Shown in pieces: positions 1-13,110 of a stretch of 64,000 nucleotides of DNA (positions within the stretch are counted from its first letter, which is position 1; every line of letters starts with the position of its first letter). The notes under the pieces are model-generated. The model did not search any database, was not told where the DNA came from, and saw nothing but the letters and a program-made list of their open reading frames with translations. The position numbers and the translations under genes were made by a program. The DNA is from the human T2T-CHM13v2.0 reference genome, Homo sapiens: assembly GCF_009914755.1 (NCBI RefSeq), contig NC_060926.1, one strand, 5' to 3'.

Positions 1-1629
1 GGCATTTGAGGAGCACTTCAGCCCACCACTGCACTGTGGGAGCCCCTTTCTGGGCTGGCCAAGGCTGGAGCCCACTCCCTCAGCTTGCAGGGAGGTGCGG
101 AAGGAGAGGCGCGAGCGGGACCCGGGGCTGCGTGCAGCGCTTGCGGGCCAGCTGGAGTTCTGGGTGGGTGTGAGCTTGGCGGGCCCCGCACACTCAGAGC
201 AGCCGGCCAGCCCTGCTGGCCCCGGGCAATGAGGGACTTAGCACCCGGGCCAGTGGCTGCGGAGGGTATACTGGGTCCCCCAGCAGTGCCAGCCCGCCGG
301 CGCTGTGCTCGATTTCTCACCGAGCCTTAGCTGCCTTCCCGCGGGGCAGGGCTCGGGACCTGCAGCCCGCCATGCCTGAGCCTCCCACCCACTCCATGGG
401 CTCCTGTGCGGCCCCAGCCTTCCCGACGAGCACCACCCCCTGCTCCACAGCGCCCAGTCCCATCGACCACCCAAGGGCTGAGGAGTGCAAGCGCACGGCG
501 CGGGACTAGCAGGCAGCTCCACCTGCAGCCCCAGTGTGGGATCCACTAGGTGAAGCCAGCTGGGCTCCTGAGTCTGGTGGGGATGTGGAGAGTCTTTATG
601 TCTAGCCCAGGGATTGTAAATACACCAATCAGCACCCTGTGTTTAGCTCAAGGTTTGTGAGTGCACCAATCGACACTCTGTATCTATCTGCTCTGATAGG
701 GCCTTGGAGAACCTTTATGTCTAGCTCAGGGATTGTAAATACACCAATTGGCACTCTGTATCTAGCTCAAAGTTTGTAAACACACCAGTCAGCACCCTGT
801 GTTTAGCTCAAGGTTTGTGCGTGCACCAATCGACACTCTGTATCTAGCTGCTCTGGTGGGGCCTTGGAGAACCTTTATGTCTAGCTCAGGGATTGTAAAT
901 ACACCAATCGGCACTCTGTATCTAGCTCAAGGTTTGTAAACACACCAATCAGCACCCTGTGTTTAGCACAAGGTTTGTGAGTGCACCAATCGACACTCTG
1001 TATCTAGCTGCTCTGGTGGGGCCTTGGAGAACCTGTGTGTCAAAACTCTGTATCTAACTAATCTGATGGGGACGTGGAGAACCTTTGTATCTAGCTCAGG
1101 GATTGTAAACGCACCAATCAGCACCCTGTCAAAACAGGCCACTCGGCTCTACCAATCAGCAGGATGTGGGTGGGGCCAGATAAGAGAATAAAAGCAGGCT
1201 GCCCCAGCCAGCAGTGGCAACCTGCTCGGGTCCTCTTCCACAGTGTGGAAGCTTTGTTTTTTTGCTCTTTGCAATAAATCTTGCTACTGCTCACTCTGGG
1301 TCCACGCTGCTTTTATGAGCTGTAACACTCACTGCGAAGATCTGCAGCTTCACTCCTGAGCCCAGCGAGACCACGAGCCCACCGGGAGGAACAAACAACT
1401 CCAGACGCTCTGCCTTAAGAGCTGTAACACTCACCGCGAAGGTCTGCAGCTTCACTCCTGAGCCAGCGAGACCACGAACCCACCAGAAGGAAAAAACTCT
1501 GAACACATCTGAACATCAGAAGGAACAAACTCCAGACGCGCCACCTTAAGAGCTGTAACACTCACCGCGAGGGTCCGCGGCTTCATTCTTGAAGTCAGTG
1601 AGATCAAGAACCCACCAATTCCGGACACA
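1..1629 (+). mobile_element. Solo LTR12C (ERV9/HERV9 LTR), 5' end cut by window edge
   Basis: GC-rich U3 start, tandem CCAAT-containing enhancer repeats (~600-1130), GAGAATAAAAGCAGGCTGCC promoter core, repeated GCTGTAACACTCAC units, terminus GAACCCACCAATTCCGGACACA at 1629; no ERV9 internal sequence follows. Confidence 0.95.
596..1200 (+). promoter_or_regulatory. LTR12C U3 enhancer/promoter: CCAAT (NF-Y) array, GC box, GATA, AATAAA TATA-like box
   Basis: Nine CCAAT motifs counted in 620-1160; GGGTGGGGC ~1168, AGATAA ~1178, AATAAAA ~1187. Layout matches the known ERV9 LTR promoter; activity here is untested. Confidence 0.65.
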
Positions 1630-3921
1630 TTAGCAGCTTTTTTCGCAGGAGATTCAAACTGGCATAACCTTTAAAACAAGTATCAATAAAACTACTAAAA
1701 AAGATCAGTAATGAACAAAAACTCTTCCTGCCCATATAAATGGCCTTCGCCTTTTTCACAACCTTTTCTTCTGAGGGGAAAAAAAAGTGAAAATAAGAAA
1801 GGAGAAATAAAATTATTTATTTAAGTGGATAAATCTGATTCATCTAACCCTGTAATAGGAAGGATTTTAACAAGGCATGAGGGAACACGATCTACTGGAT
1901 ACTTCACAGTCTTATTTTTCAAAGACTTAATTTCTTTCTGTCACTGTCAGTTTTCATTGAACAACGCATGATAATTTTCTTTGGCAATTACTCCCTGCCT
2001 TGCAAATAGCACTGTTATAAAATGAAATAAAAACGTAAGCTTTAAATATTTCTTGAATACCGTAAGTTCTATTAAAATGTAAAATTTTGAGTGGTATCAT
2101 ACTAATTTTTATTTACAGCATTGTCATTGTCAGTATTCCCCCATGTAACTATTATGAGTTGGGTGCCTTGTGTTTCTGTGAAAAGTATTTGGTCACGTGA
2201 ATAGAGCCCAGGGGAGCAGCACAGGCAGAAACTGATTAGAACTCAGTCATTTGGAAGGATAGCTGTTATTTTCCTCCACTGCTTTGCTTTATCCCCTCAC
2301 TGCTTGCCCAATTCCTTGTTCAGTACAGTGGTATTGCTTCTGTGACCTCAAAGCTACATCTGAATGGGAAATTCAGCTGGGGAGGACCTGGACCTGAAAC
2401 CATCCTGCTGGGTAGGGCTAGATCACAAATTAATTGTACTCCAGTGAGTAGTGTGTCTGGGGAGTCAATTTCCCAGCCATCTGAATTAAGGATTAGTCAC
2501 CAGGCTGGCTGAGACTTGGCATCCAGTCTCTGCTATGGCATTTCATTTTTCTCCTATTCTATCAATTTAAAGCCAATCAAACCCTGAGGTTAAATTTATC
2601 ATTTTTCATCTCAGAGTACACACTCCTTGAATTTTTACTGTGAAGTTTATATGCCTTTATACAGTTCACAGGTCTATTTCTGTAGGTTTTTCTTGCCTCT
2701 GTGATTCACCCCATTACTGCTAATATTTCTGTCCCCAAAGAAAAATATAGGAGTTCTGAATAAAAAAATCCCTCTGGTTGCATTTATAGCTTTCAAATAA
2801 ACACATCTGTTAAGACCTTCCTCATGTTTTTTTTTAATTTATAAATATAATCTATTATTTTCTGGGTTTTTCTCTCCACAGCTGCTATCTTCACTTTTCT
2901 TCTAGAATATATATTTTATTATAGCCATATTTCTTTGACCACTTTAAGTTCCTCCTACCTTAGAAATAAAATTTTTCATTGAGATGCCCATCAGATAAAA
3001 TATTTCTCACCAGACATATATTTACACAGAATGCATTAGAAAAGTAAATTCGTGTCATATTGTGGACCAGAAGAGATGCTAGCAGCAGTAAATCCATGTC
3101 AAGAAGACTGCAGGTTTTGTTTTGTTAAATGGTAAAATATATGATAGGGTATCTCTTTCTTATAAGTTTGTGGATATCCTTAAGTAATCCAAAATTATTC
3201 CCTAAGGCAATATGCCATATGCAAAAGCAATCAAAAGCCTTTGGTTGGCATCTCCTTTTCATGCCCCTTTAAATGAAGATGCTTGGTGGGAACACATAAA
3301 AACTATCTGTAGCCAGCTGTTATTCATCATGGCACTGTTTTTCTGGTCCTTTTGCTCTCCTGCTTTTTCTGACAATCTTTTAAACATAAACTATCAAACA
3401 TTTTTAAACTACATAAACTTCCTAGTTCTGAGTTTAAATAGATAATAATTGCTTTCATTACATCTTTATGTTACAGTATAACTCCAAGGCTATGGTCTTT
3501 TTTAGAGTAATGTAAAAGTTAACAGTAAGTTATGACAGTAAGCTATTGCTTGTTTGTAAATTATTGTCAATTGAACATAATTTTATTTAAAGCCTCAAAC
3601 ATTGAATTTCTTTCTTCTTCATACAGTGTTTTGTTTTGAACCATTTTTGTCGTATAACTTTGATGTTTAAAACAAGTCTCTGAGTTTACTGGTTGCTGGG
3701 ATAGAGCTGCAACATTCTTCAGCTTTTCTCCATGATTGCTTTTGGATTTTTCTCACCTTCTGTACACACCCTCTCAGGTCTCCATGCCTATAAGGAGAGT
3801 GGGGAACTTTGGGTGTTCATCAACACAAGGTTAAGCTGGGAACTCATTAACAATCTATATTGGAATGCAATGGGAATAGTCATAGCCTAAACAATTACCG
3901 ATTATAAAAATTAGAGAAATT

Positions 3922-4227
<306 letters not shown>

Positions 4228-5399
4228 TATTTGAGAAATCTACCTACTATGTGATTTAATAAAATGAATGGTGGTCTGCTCAGACAATCCATATGTGCCT
4301 TTTTAGATTCACATTTATAGATTATGTTTTTAAAGGGAAACACATGGTAAAGATAATGGTATTTCAGTTTCTGGGGGTTTAGCCATCTGTTCAGAAAGCC
4401 GTGACTGCCGTAGACAAATATTTCTTCTGTTTTTCATAAACAAATTCTCAATTTGTGGAGATAAATCTCAAACCAAAGGGTTTGACAATGACCTGTACCA
4501 GACAACATGGTCAAGTAAAAACATCACATTAGGTCAGACATACATTATATTATTGTCTCCAACAGCTGTGTGATCCTGAACAAAAAGCCGATTTCATAAA
4601 CACTCAGTTTTTGGATCCAAAGAATATTGTGTGGACCAGAGCTTAAATGTGTGGCAGTTTGTGGTTTCCATCTTAACCAACAGGTTCTTCCATGTAGAGA
4701 ATCTCTACAAAATAGTATTAATTCCTGTAAACAGATATGCAATAGCCAAAGATAGAGTTCATACTCCCAAGCTTGCATCCCCAATGTAGTGAGCTCCAAA
4801 CCATTCACTTCTCAATCCAGTCTCTGTATATACATATGGAGTCCTGTCTGGAATGGGGATCCCCAATTCTTAATAACAATTCTTCCTGAATGATAAAATT
4901 TGGAGACTATGCATTTTTCCAGTTTATTACTTGAATTTTCTTGTTTTGGTTTTGTTAATAATTTTTTTTCTTTAAAAAGCCAAAATGAAGGGGAAAAAAA
5001 TCCTGCAGGTCTCTTAAGGATTTTATTATTTTTGTTTCTGGCTTTTTAAAAAGACGTCACCTGTCAGCTGATTTGAGAGCAGAATTCCACAGAATTCCAC
5101 ATATTTCCTCATCAATCACCGTTATAAGACAGTAAAAAATCCTAAAAATTTGTTGTGGTCTTTAGTGAATGAATTATTCCCATGTGTATTGGATTGATGC
5201 TAATTCACTGCAAATATTAGATCATGTAATGCTATATCTCTACTCTCCCATGGTGGACTTCACATATTAAGTGTATACAATGTTTGAATCCATCTTAGCC
5301 AGAGCTTCATGTATTGACCACAAAACCACCACAGTTGGCAATCAAGGTAAAGCCTACTTACTAACAGATATCCATAAATTCTCTACCACAACCCACATC

Positions 5400-5855
5400 A
5401 TGGCACAGAAGACCTCCATGATCTGACCCCTGTATGCTTCTCTACCTTCATCTCCAAAGATTGCTTCCATTTTAGATTTGCCTGAAAACTTTAATATGTT
5501 TCTTTCTCATGCTGCACCACTGAACATGCTATTTCCTCTCTGTGGTATATTCTTCTGGTAACTTTTACCCAACAAATTAATGCATATGCATCCCTTATTT
5601 AAGTTCAACTGTTCATATAGCCATTGTCACTTTGCAGACAGAATTAAGCCCTTGCTTCTTGGTTCTCCATAGTGCTGTACTCATGCCTCTATTTTAGCAT
5701 CTATCTCTTGGTTGTACTACTGTTTGTTTCCTGCCTCAGACTTCCTGCTTCCAGACCTACAGGGAACAGCTGTAGGTTGAGGTTTCTAGCTCTTAGCAAA
5801 ATGCCTGGAACCAAGTATAAAAAATGAATCACTAGAAAAATAAATCAATGAACTT
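5400..5855 (+). mobile_element. L2 3' fragment (degraded)
   Basis: L2-like pyrimidine-rich body ending AATGCCTGGAAC...AATAAATCAATGAA. Confidence 0.45.
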
Positions 5856-7010
5856 TACTCTCTCAAACTTAAATTTTAAAAAATCCTAAAAAATAATAAA
5901 GTATTCTAATTAAAGCTATGAGTCAGAATAAGCCACATACTATGGTGGAAACAAAGAATCTTGAAGTCTTTAAAGCTTTACTTTTCACTCACACAAAATC
6001 AGTTGTATGTAGTAACAGCTGTCCAGGTCAAAGGTCTTCTTGGCAATTCGGGCAGAAGACAGCTCCATCACTCTGTGGCTTCACCATCTGGAGCCCATAG
6101 CCTCCTCAGTGGACATGACAAGAAGAAAGAGAAGAGAAGGGTCTCAGATGGTCTATGGAATACTTGAGGCCAAAAATGGTACAGAATGTGCGCATTCATT
6201 CCTCATAAGCCGGAATTAGTCATGTGGTTACACCTATCTTGAGAGAGGGAAAGTGTAATATTTCCCTTGACCAGAAGGAGAAGATAACCCATGAGGGCAA
6301 GTGCTCCTAGTTTTAATCATAGATACAGATACAAAACACGTGTGATACTCTTAATTTGTTGTATGGAATATAGGTAAGAGTATAAACAGGAAACAAACAA
6401 CTGTGAATCCATTGTGGACAAATAAAATCTGCCCTTGTGGGATCCCAACTGTATTATGAAAAGAGACAGAGCTATCTTTGGATCTTGTAAAATAGTAGAA
6501 TACCCAGATTTTCACAGAAAAAAAAAAGAAATACAGCTACTGCATATGACAATGATTTATGGAGGTGACTTAGCTTAGTGAACAGGTGAGTGAATAAGAA
6601 ATTATAACTATCTTCACATTACTAATGCTGTTTCAGATGAGTGGACATGTTGCAGCAGAAAGGACTAAGAATAGGCTGTGCGAAGAAGTTCCTAATTTTT
6701 GCAAGTGTTACAGAATGTCCTAAAAAGGAAACATATGAAACCTATTTAGCGGTTCATCAATTTTTCTGCTTCAGATTTAGTGTAGTATTGTAGAAAGAAT
6801 ACAGAAACAAATCTTCAAAGTTCTAGATATGGTTCTATCAGAAAACGTCTGAGTCATTTTTTATAAGTTATCCGAGCACTCCATCTCAATTTTTTATTCT
6901 GTAAGATGAAGGAAAATCAAAGACATAAGGTCTCAGATCTCTGTCAACTTCAAATATCTATACTTTTTGTAAATAACTTATTTATTCATATATTCATCTA
7001 TAAAGATTTG

Positions 7011-7044
7011 GCACATGTACACCAGAACTTAAAGTATAATAAAA

Positions 7045-7045
<1 letters not shown>
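7011..7045 (+). mobile_element. Extremely 5'-truncated L1PA 3' terminus (~35 bp)
   Basis: GCACATGTACACCAGAACTTAAAGTATAATAAAAA matches the last bases of L1PA; near-TSD AAAGATTTGG (7002-7011) / AAATATTTGG (7097-7106). Confidence 0.75.

Positions 7046-7046
<1 letters not shown>

Positions 7047-7094
<48 letters not shown>
7047..7094 (+). repeat. (AGAT)12 tetranucleotide microsatellite
   Basis: 12 perfect AGAT units read directly. Confidence 0.98.
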
Positions 7095-7096
<2 letters not shown>

Positions 7097-7995
7097 AAAT
7101 ATTTGGTGCAAAAACTAGTTTAAAATTCTTAAGAAAATCACTTCTTAGTGTTCCTCCAAAGCCACCTTCCACCTTCCTCCTCATTTCCACAAGGTTTCCG
7201 GCTGCCTTTCTCGTGGTACACCTTCTTCCTGTGAAAGGGGATTACTAGGTGTTGAACACTTGTTGAAATCATTAGCCCTAATTGAAACATTATTCTTGAA
7301 ACAATCAGAATAAATAAAAGGACACTGAAATAGGAAGAGATTAAAAGTGTGCAGCTGCGAGCATGAAATACTTATCGGTAGGGTCTTCCAGAGTTACCGC
7401 CACTGAATGAAAGAGGTTTCCTTTAGTCATGCCTTGAGAATACAAACTTCAAGTGTTTAAAATATAAATAATTTAACTCTGATTTTACACAAGTTTTCAA
7501 AATCCCAAGATGGTTTATTTCATAAAGGTCTTTTGAAAACCGAGAAATAATTACAATTTTTATTCATACCTTTCAGTAGACTATGGTAATATCATTTATG
7601 AAGCCGTGATTTGACATGTTTATGTTGTCATATAAACGTACAGAGGTTTTTCTGCTTTCTCTCTCTAATCTATAGGCTTTTCTTTATCATATATATTGTC
7701 CCCTGGAAAGAATACATGCTTCTCAAAAATCCCAAAATCCAAAAAAAAAAAAAAATGAATGGAAAGTGTGTTGTCCCCTAAGGTCCAGAATTTGTCTGAA
7801 TGGCTTTGCCTCATGCAGACTTGCATGTTGGAACCGGCACTTATGGCTTTTGGAGGCAAATCTTAAAGTGAGGAACAGCCAAAGGGACCTTTAACAACCA
7901 ATTAGTGGAAACCAGCAGGCCAGGATGGAGCCAAGAGGAAGGTGACACAGGCGCTCCTGGGGACATGGGAATGAACATCTAGCCTTCCCTCTGAC

Positions 7996-8937
7996 TGTAT
8001 CTTAGTCAGATCTGGCTGCCATAACTACTGACTGCCATCCCACACACTGGGTCACTTAAAACAACAAGCATTCATTTCTCAATGTTCTGAAGGCTGGACA
8101 GTCCTAGATCAAGCTGTCTGCAGATTTCATTCTTGGTGAAGGCCTCATTACTGGCTTACAGAGGGATGCCTTCTTGCTGCATCTTCACATAGTAGAGAGA
8201 GATCATCTCCTTTATGTCTCCACTTTTAAGGAGTGAATCCCACTTATGAGGCCTCCACCCTCATGTCCTAGTCACCTCCCAAAGGCCCCATCTCTTCATA
8301 CAGTAATACCATCACTGTATTTGTCAGGGTTCTCCAGAGAGTCAGAACCAGTAGAATATATAAATGTCCAAGAGTAGGTGTATTATGGGAATTGGCTCAT
8401 GTGATTACAGAGGCTGAGAAGTACCATGATATGGTGTCTACAAGCCGGAACCAGAAAAGCCAGTGGGCAATTCAGTTCAAGTCCAAAAGCCTAATGGTGG
8501 AGCACGGAGCACTGCAGAGTCCTAAGACCCCAAACCCAGAAGCTCCAATGTCTGAGAGCAGGAGATGGATGCCTTAGCTCAAGAAGAGAGAGAAAGTCCA
8601 TCTGTGTGCTTTTTGTTCTATTTGGCCCTCACAGGGATGACACCTGTCCACATTGGTGAGAGTTTTCTTTTCTCAGTATACTGGTTCAAATGCTAGTCTC
8701 GTCCTGAAACACCCTCACAGGGTGAATGAATCCAGGACTGAAGAGGATAGTTTGGAAGGAGTTAAGAGGCAACTAGGACTCCATTGCCTAGTAGAACACC
8801 CAAAATCATGGTTTACCAGCTAATTGTCCATTCCATAGCCAAATCAAGTTGGTACAAAATTTACCATCACTATCACATCAGAGATGGGGGGGCTCAACAC
8901 ACAGTCTTAGAGAGACATAAACTTTCAGTCCATAGCA
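7996..8937 (-). mobile_element. MLT1A/B-type MaLR LTR interrupted by MLT2
   Basis: TGTATCTTAGTC...CACTTAAAACAAC...TTCTGAAGGCTGG start; after the MLT2 insert it resumes and ends TTCAGTCCATAGCA. Confidence 0.75.
8316..8871 (-). mobile_element. MLT2B-type ERVL solo LTR nested in MLT1
   Basis: TGTATTTGTCAGGGTTCTCCAGAGA...AGAACC start, CAAGTTG...AAATTTACCATCAC end, 5-bp TSD ATCAC (8311-8315 / 8872-8876). Confidence 0.85.
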
Positions 8938-9084
8938 TTATGGCTTTCCACAGAAATGCTCTCTTCCCTCTCAGACAAGACAGAGATGCAAAGTATCAAG
9001 CCAAATGGCTCCTTCAGAGGCTTTCAATTTTTTATGCCCTATGCTTTAAGAGTCACTTTCACCTTGTTTTTGTGTTCTATTACA

Positions 9085-9295
9085 CAGTTCTATAGTCTAT
9101 TCAGTAGGTTGACTATAGCAAATAACAATGTAGTGTCTATTTCAAGATAGTTAGAAGATTTTGAATATTGTCACTGCAAACAGGATAAATGTTTAAAGTG
9201 ATAGACATGGTAATTATCCTGAGTTGATCATTATACAATGCCTCAAAACATCCCATTGTACCACATAAATATCCACAATTGTGTCAGTTATCACT
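9085..9295 (+). mobile_element. L1MA-type 3' end fragment
   Basis: GTAGGTTGACTATAG...AACAATGTA...ATAAATGTTT...GATCATTATACA...TACCACATAAATAT resembles the late L1MA 3'UTR. Confidence 0.7.
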
Positions 9296-10710
9296 TTTTT
9301 TTAATAATAAGTGAAATAATCACTTTCTCCTCTTTCTAGGTTCTGTTGTCCCACTGCTCAGAGCTTACTGTGTTGAGAAATAGTTCATGAGCTGGAAAAA
9401 GTCACCCAATGTTTAGCCCTCTAAGGATGTTATAGACGAGAGAGTCATATAGCAGCATGAGAAAAAATCTTTGTGAAAATAAAATAGGGCTTGGATACAT
9501 GCCTTTCAATAGCAGTTGTAGAATTTTGAGTAGCTAATTTTTCTGAGGCCCCTTTGCTCATTTTGCAAAATTATAATAAGGATGTGTTGTTTCTGCTTTG
9601 ATGTGACTGTGCCTAGCTTTGAGATGACAGGTCCTAATGATAGCCTTACCAGTAAGCATGGAACCTATTCTTCCCAGGGAAATATAAGGTGACTCTGCTG
9701 ATGAGCTCTGAGAAAAGATTGTACTCCTTTACTTAAAAGGTACCTGGAATGACCTTCCCTCATGCGAAGCTATGATGAGGCAACATGAAGCAGGTGGTGG
9801 CAGCAGCCGCCATGTGGACGTAAGACAACCAGACAAGAAACAAGAAAAGGGCATCCTCTGGGTGACTGAGCAGAAAGGTGGCGGCACCTGGGTCCTATGA
9901 CATTGATCAGTTTCTGAGATGCTCCTGGGAAGGCTAACTTCAGAACATTTTTAAGTACTCAAAGAGTGTTTTAAGTGGCAGTTAACTAATATGCTGTTCC
10001 TTCTTGTTAAGTGTATCCTTATTAATGAACCTACTCCTCTCAGTTTTTACTCCATACTCAGTCTGTCAGTGGCATGGATAGTCATGCTTATCTGTGGAGC
10101 CTGGAGTCCTTAAGATCAAAGAAGCAATTTTTCTTCCAACCTTTTTTTTGTGTTTTGTTTTGTTTTGTTTTGTTTTGTTTAGGAGGGATGCAGTGTATCT
10201 GTGACCAGAATAGCTCTTTGATTTTTTTTTCTCTTTTCCAGAAGACACGGGACTATTTATTTCCACCTTCCTTCTCTGATACGTGATTATTCAAATTCAA
10301 TGGAGAGTCTGTACTGTATTTTATTAGGTCACAAATCAAAACTTACCACTAACAAAGCTATCATCTCCACAGGTGATTTTTCAAAACTCCTTATATATCT
10401 TCATCTAATTATTAGGCTAAGTAATATCAGTCAATTTCTAACACAGATGGTGGTATAAGAGCAACAAATTCCATCTGGACAAACCAGATGGGCAAATGGG
10501 AGTAAAGCTATACAGACAGAAATTATGGGCTTCAGAAAAAATTCTGACTCTTTAAAATGTATTTTGTTTCTTAATGACAGCCTAGCCACTTATCAATGAT
10601 GATATCTGCCTTCTAATATAAGAACATTATAGTAGGAAAACCCAGTTCTTGCCACTTGTTTGCAATTTTAGAGTTGTAAAAATTAAAACTTTCTTTTAGA
10701 ACAATACTGA

Positions 10711-11160
10711 TATAAGTTTGGGGTTTAGATATCTATATAAATTAGAAGTAAAGATATTCATTTAAATTTAGGAGTGTAAATATGTCATTTGAGAAATATA
10801 GATAAATTAGATCCGCTGATACCTACATAAGTTTAAGAGTGTTGATATATATTTAAATTAGGCATTTGCTATTTAGACAAGTTTAGGAGTGTAAATATTT
10901 ATATAAGTTTAGGGTTGTGGATATCTATATAAGTTAGAGGTGTAAATAGCTACATAAGTTAGGGTGTAAATATCTATATAAGTTGGAGGTATAGATATCC
11001 GTATAAGCTTCGGGACACAAAAAACTACGTAAGTTAGGAAAATAGATATTTATATAACTGTTGAGGTGTAGATATCTATGTAAGCATAGAGTTGTAGATA
11101 TATATAGAAGTCTGTGACTATAGATATATATTTAAATTAGAGCATAAACATCTATTTAAG
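10711..11160. repeat. Degenerate minisatellite, ~17-18 copies of a 24-26 bp unit (consensus ~TATAAGTTAGAGGTGTAGATATCTA)
   Basis: Successive units, e.g. TATAAGTTTAGGGTTGTGGATATCTA, TATAAGTTAGAGGTGTAAATAGCTA, CATAAGTTAGGGTGTAAATATCTA, TATAAGTTGGAGGTATAGATATCCG. Confidence 0.85.
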
Positions 11161-11639
11161 CCCTGGTGGAGGCTGTGAGGCTCTGAGTTTTTATAGTGAA
11201 GGTCATATATATATTTTGAAGATGAGGAGACATTTGGGTGATGCTATCAGAGACAGAAGATACAGAATGCCCAATTAGGAGGAACTCACAGAATTCATTT
11301 ACCTTCTTAGAAGGCGGTGGATTAACATGAAAAAAGAGTCAGTCTAAAGGGTAGAACGAAAGGCATTCTTACCAAAAATCTGAACTATTATTCCAGGTAG
11401 TGTTGCTTTATTTAATTTCCTCATCTACAAGATTATAATAAATTTTATACTAATTGAGTTAAATTCTATTAGGCCTCTAGGGGAAACTTAAACCAATTAG
11501 TATCACAACAGTAAGAGGCATTGGGTGGGTTGTTCTTCTGGTGGGCTGAGGAGAAAAGGACACAAACACTGAATACCTTCTACATGTCACCGTGGTAAAT
11601 GCAATATCCCTAAATATCCCTAAAAGCAGTACTTTACTT

Positions 11640-11790
11640 ATCTGCACAATAACGAGACACTGTAGATGTTAATTTACCCATTCTGCAAATGTGAAACTGA
11701 GTCACAGAGATTAAGTAACCAATCATAGCTTACATAGCTAAGTGAAAAGGGCAGATAGATAAAACCAGCCAAGCTGCCTTCAGTTCCTAA
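11640..11790 (-). mobile_element. MIR fragment
   Basis: CCCATTCTGCAAATGTGAAACTGAGTCACAGAGATTAAGTAAC is the reverse MIR core. Confidence 0.7.
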
Positions 11791-12291
11791 GTTTAAGTGT
11801 TATATTTCAAAATCTGCTCAGCAATGTGCTTGTTACCATGAAAAGCTGTTTAAATAGAGTCTTGATCACATTGTACTATTTTATGTTGCTGAATACCCCT
11901 ACTTAGGGCCAACTTTCCAGATGTTCTAACACACAGGTTAAACTTTTTGGACCTGCCTTCTCCTGTGATTTCTCCCCATTTGCTTGATATGTGGCTCTAG
12001 AGTCCACCTGAAGAGGTTCAATAGACCTGCAATGCTCACACTCATAAACCCCAACAGGACTCCATGGCCTAGTAAAACAAGCTCTCACTTTCCTATGGCT
12101 CTGTCTACCTGCTCTTCGTAATTTACTACAGTGTACCATCTTATCAAAGCTCAAACAACATTCTTCACAAAGCAATGCTTAAAGCTGTATTATTGCTTAG
12201 GGAATGCAATAAAATCTACCAGGAATGTTTGTTAATATGACAATGCCATGGGGATAAGTAACATATTTTATCTAATCAATAAGAAATCAGA

Positions 12292-12610
12292 GGCTGGGTG
12301 CAGTGGCTCATGCCTATAATCCCAGAACTATGAGAGTACCAGGAGGGAGGATCACTTGAGGCCAGGTGTTCAAGACCAGGCCTAGCAAGATAGTAAAACC
12401 CCATCTCTACAAAAAGTAAATGGATAAATGAAAATGAGCCAGGCATCCTTGCATGCACCTATAATCTCAGTTACTTGAGAGACTGAGGCAGGAGAATTGC
12501 TTGAGCTCAGGAGTTCAAGGTTACAATGAGCAATGATTGTGCCACTCTACTCAAGCCTGGACAACAGAGTAACACCCTGTATCAATAAAATTTTTTTAAA
12601 AAAGGAAAGA
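12292..12610 (+). mobile_element. Alu (AluJ)
   Basis: Diverged dimer with GGAGGATCACTTGAG and GAGTTCAAGGTTACA J-type features; TSD AAGAAATCAGA / AAAAAATCAGA. Confidence 0.9.
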
Positions 12611-12761
12611 AAAAAATCAGATATGTTTTTTAATTAAATAATTGGTTTAAATTTGACTGGCTTAAAAACAAGAAGAAAAAAGTAATCGATTTACATAAAC
12701 AGCCTTTTATCATTCTTCAAATACTATTAAACTGTCCTCTCTCTTCCAAACTTCATTTTAG

Positions 12762-13110
<349 letters not shown>

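Noticed and set aside
18-546. GC-rich ORFs (81-102 aa) and apparent CpG island
   Set aside because: They lie entirely in the GC-rich U3 of LTR12C; open frames reflect stop-codon scarcity
5081-5100. AGAATTCCAC tandem duplication (similar ones at ~11604 and ~61166)
   Set aside because: Short slippage duplications are common and uninformative
10711-11160. CRISPR-like array
   Set aside because: The units are contiguous and degenerate with no constant-repeat/unique-spacer structure, no cas genes are present, and the DNA is clearly primate
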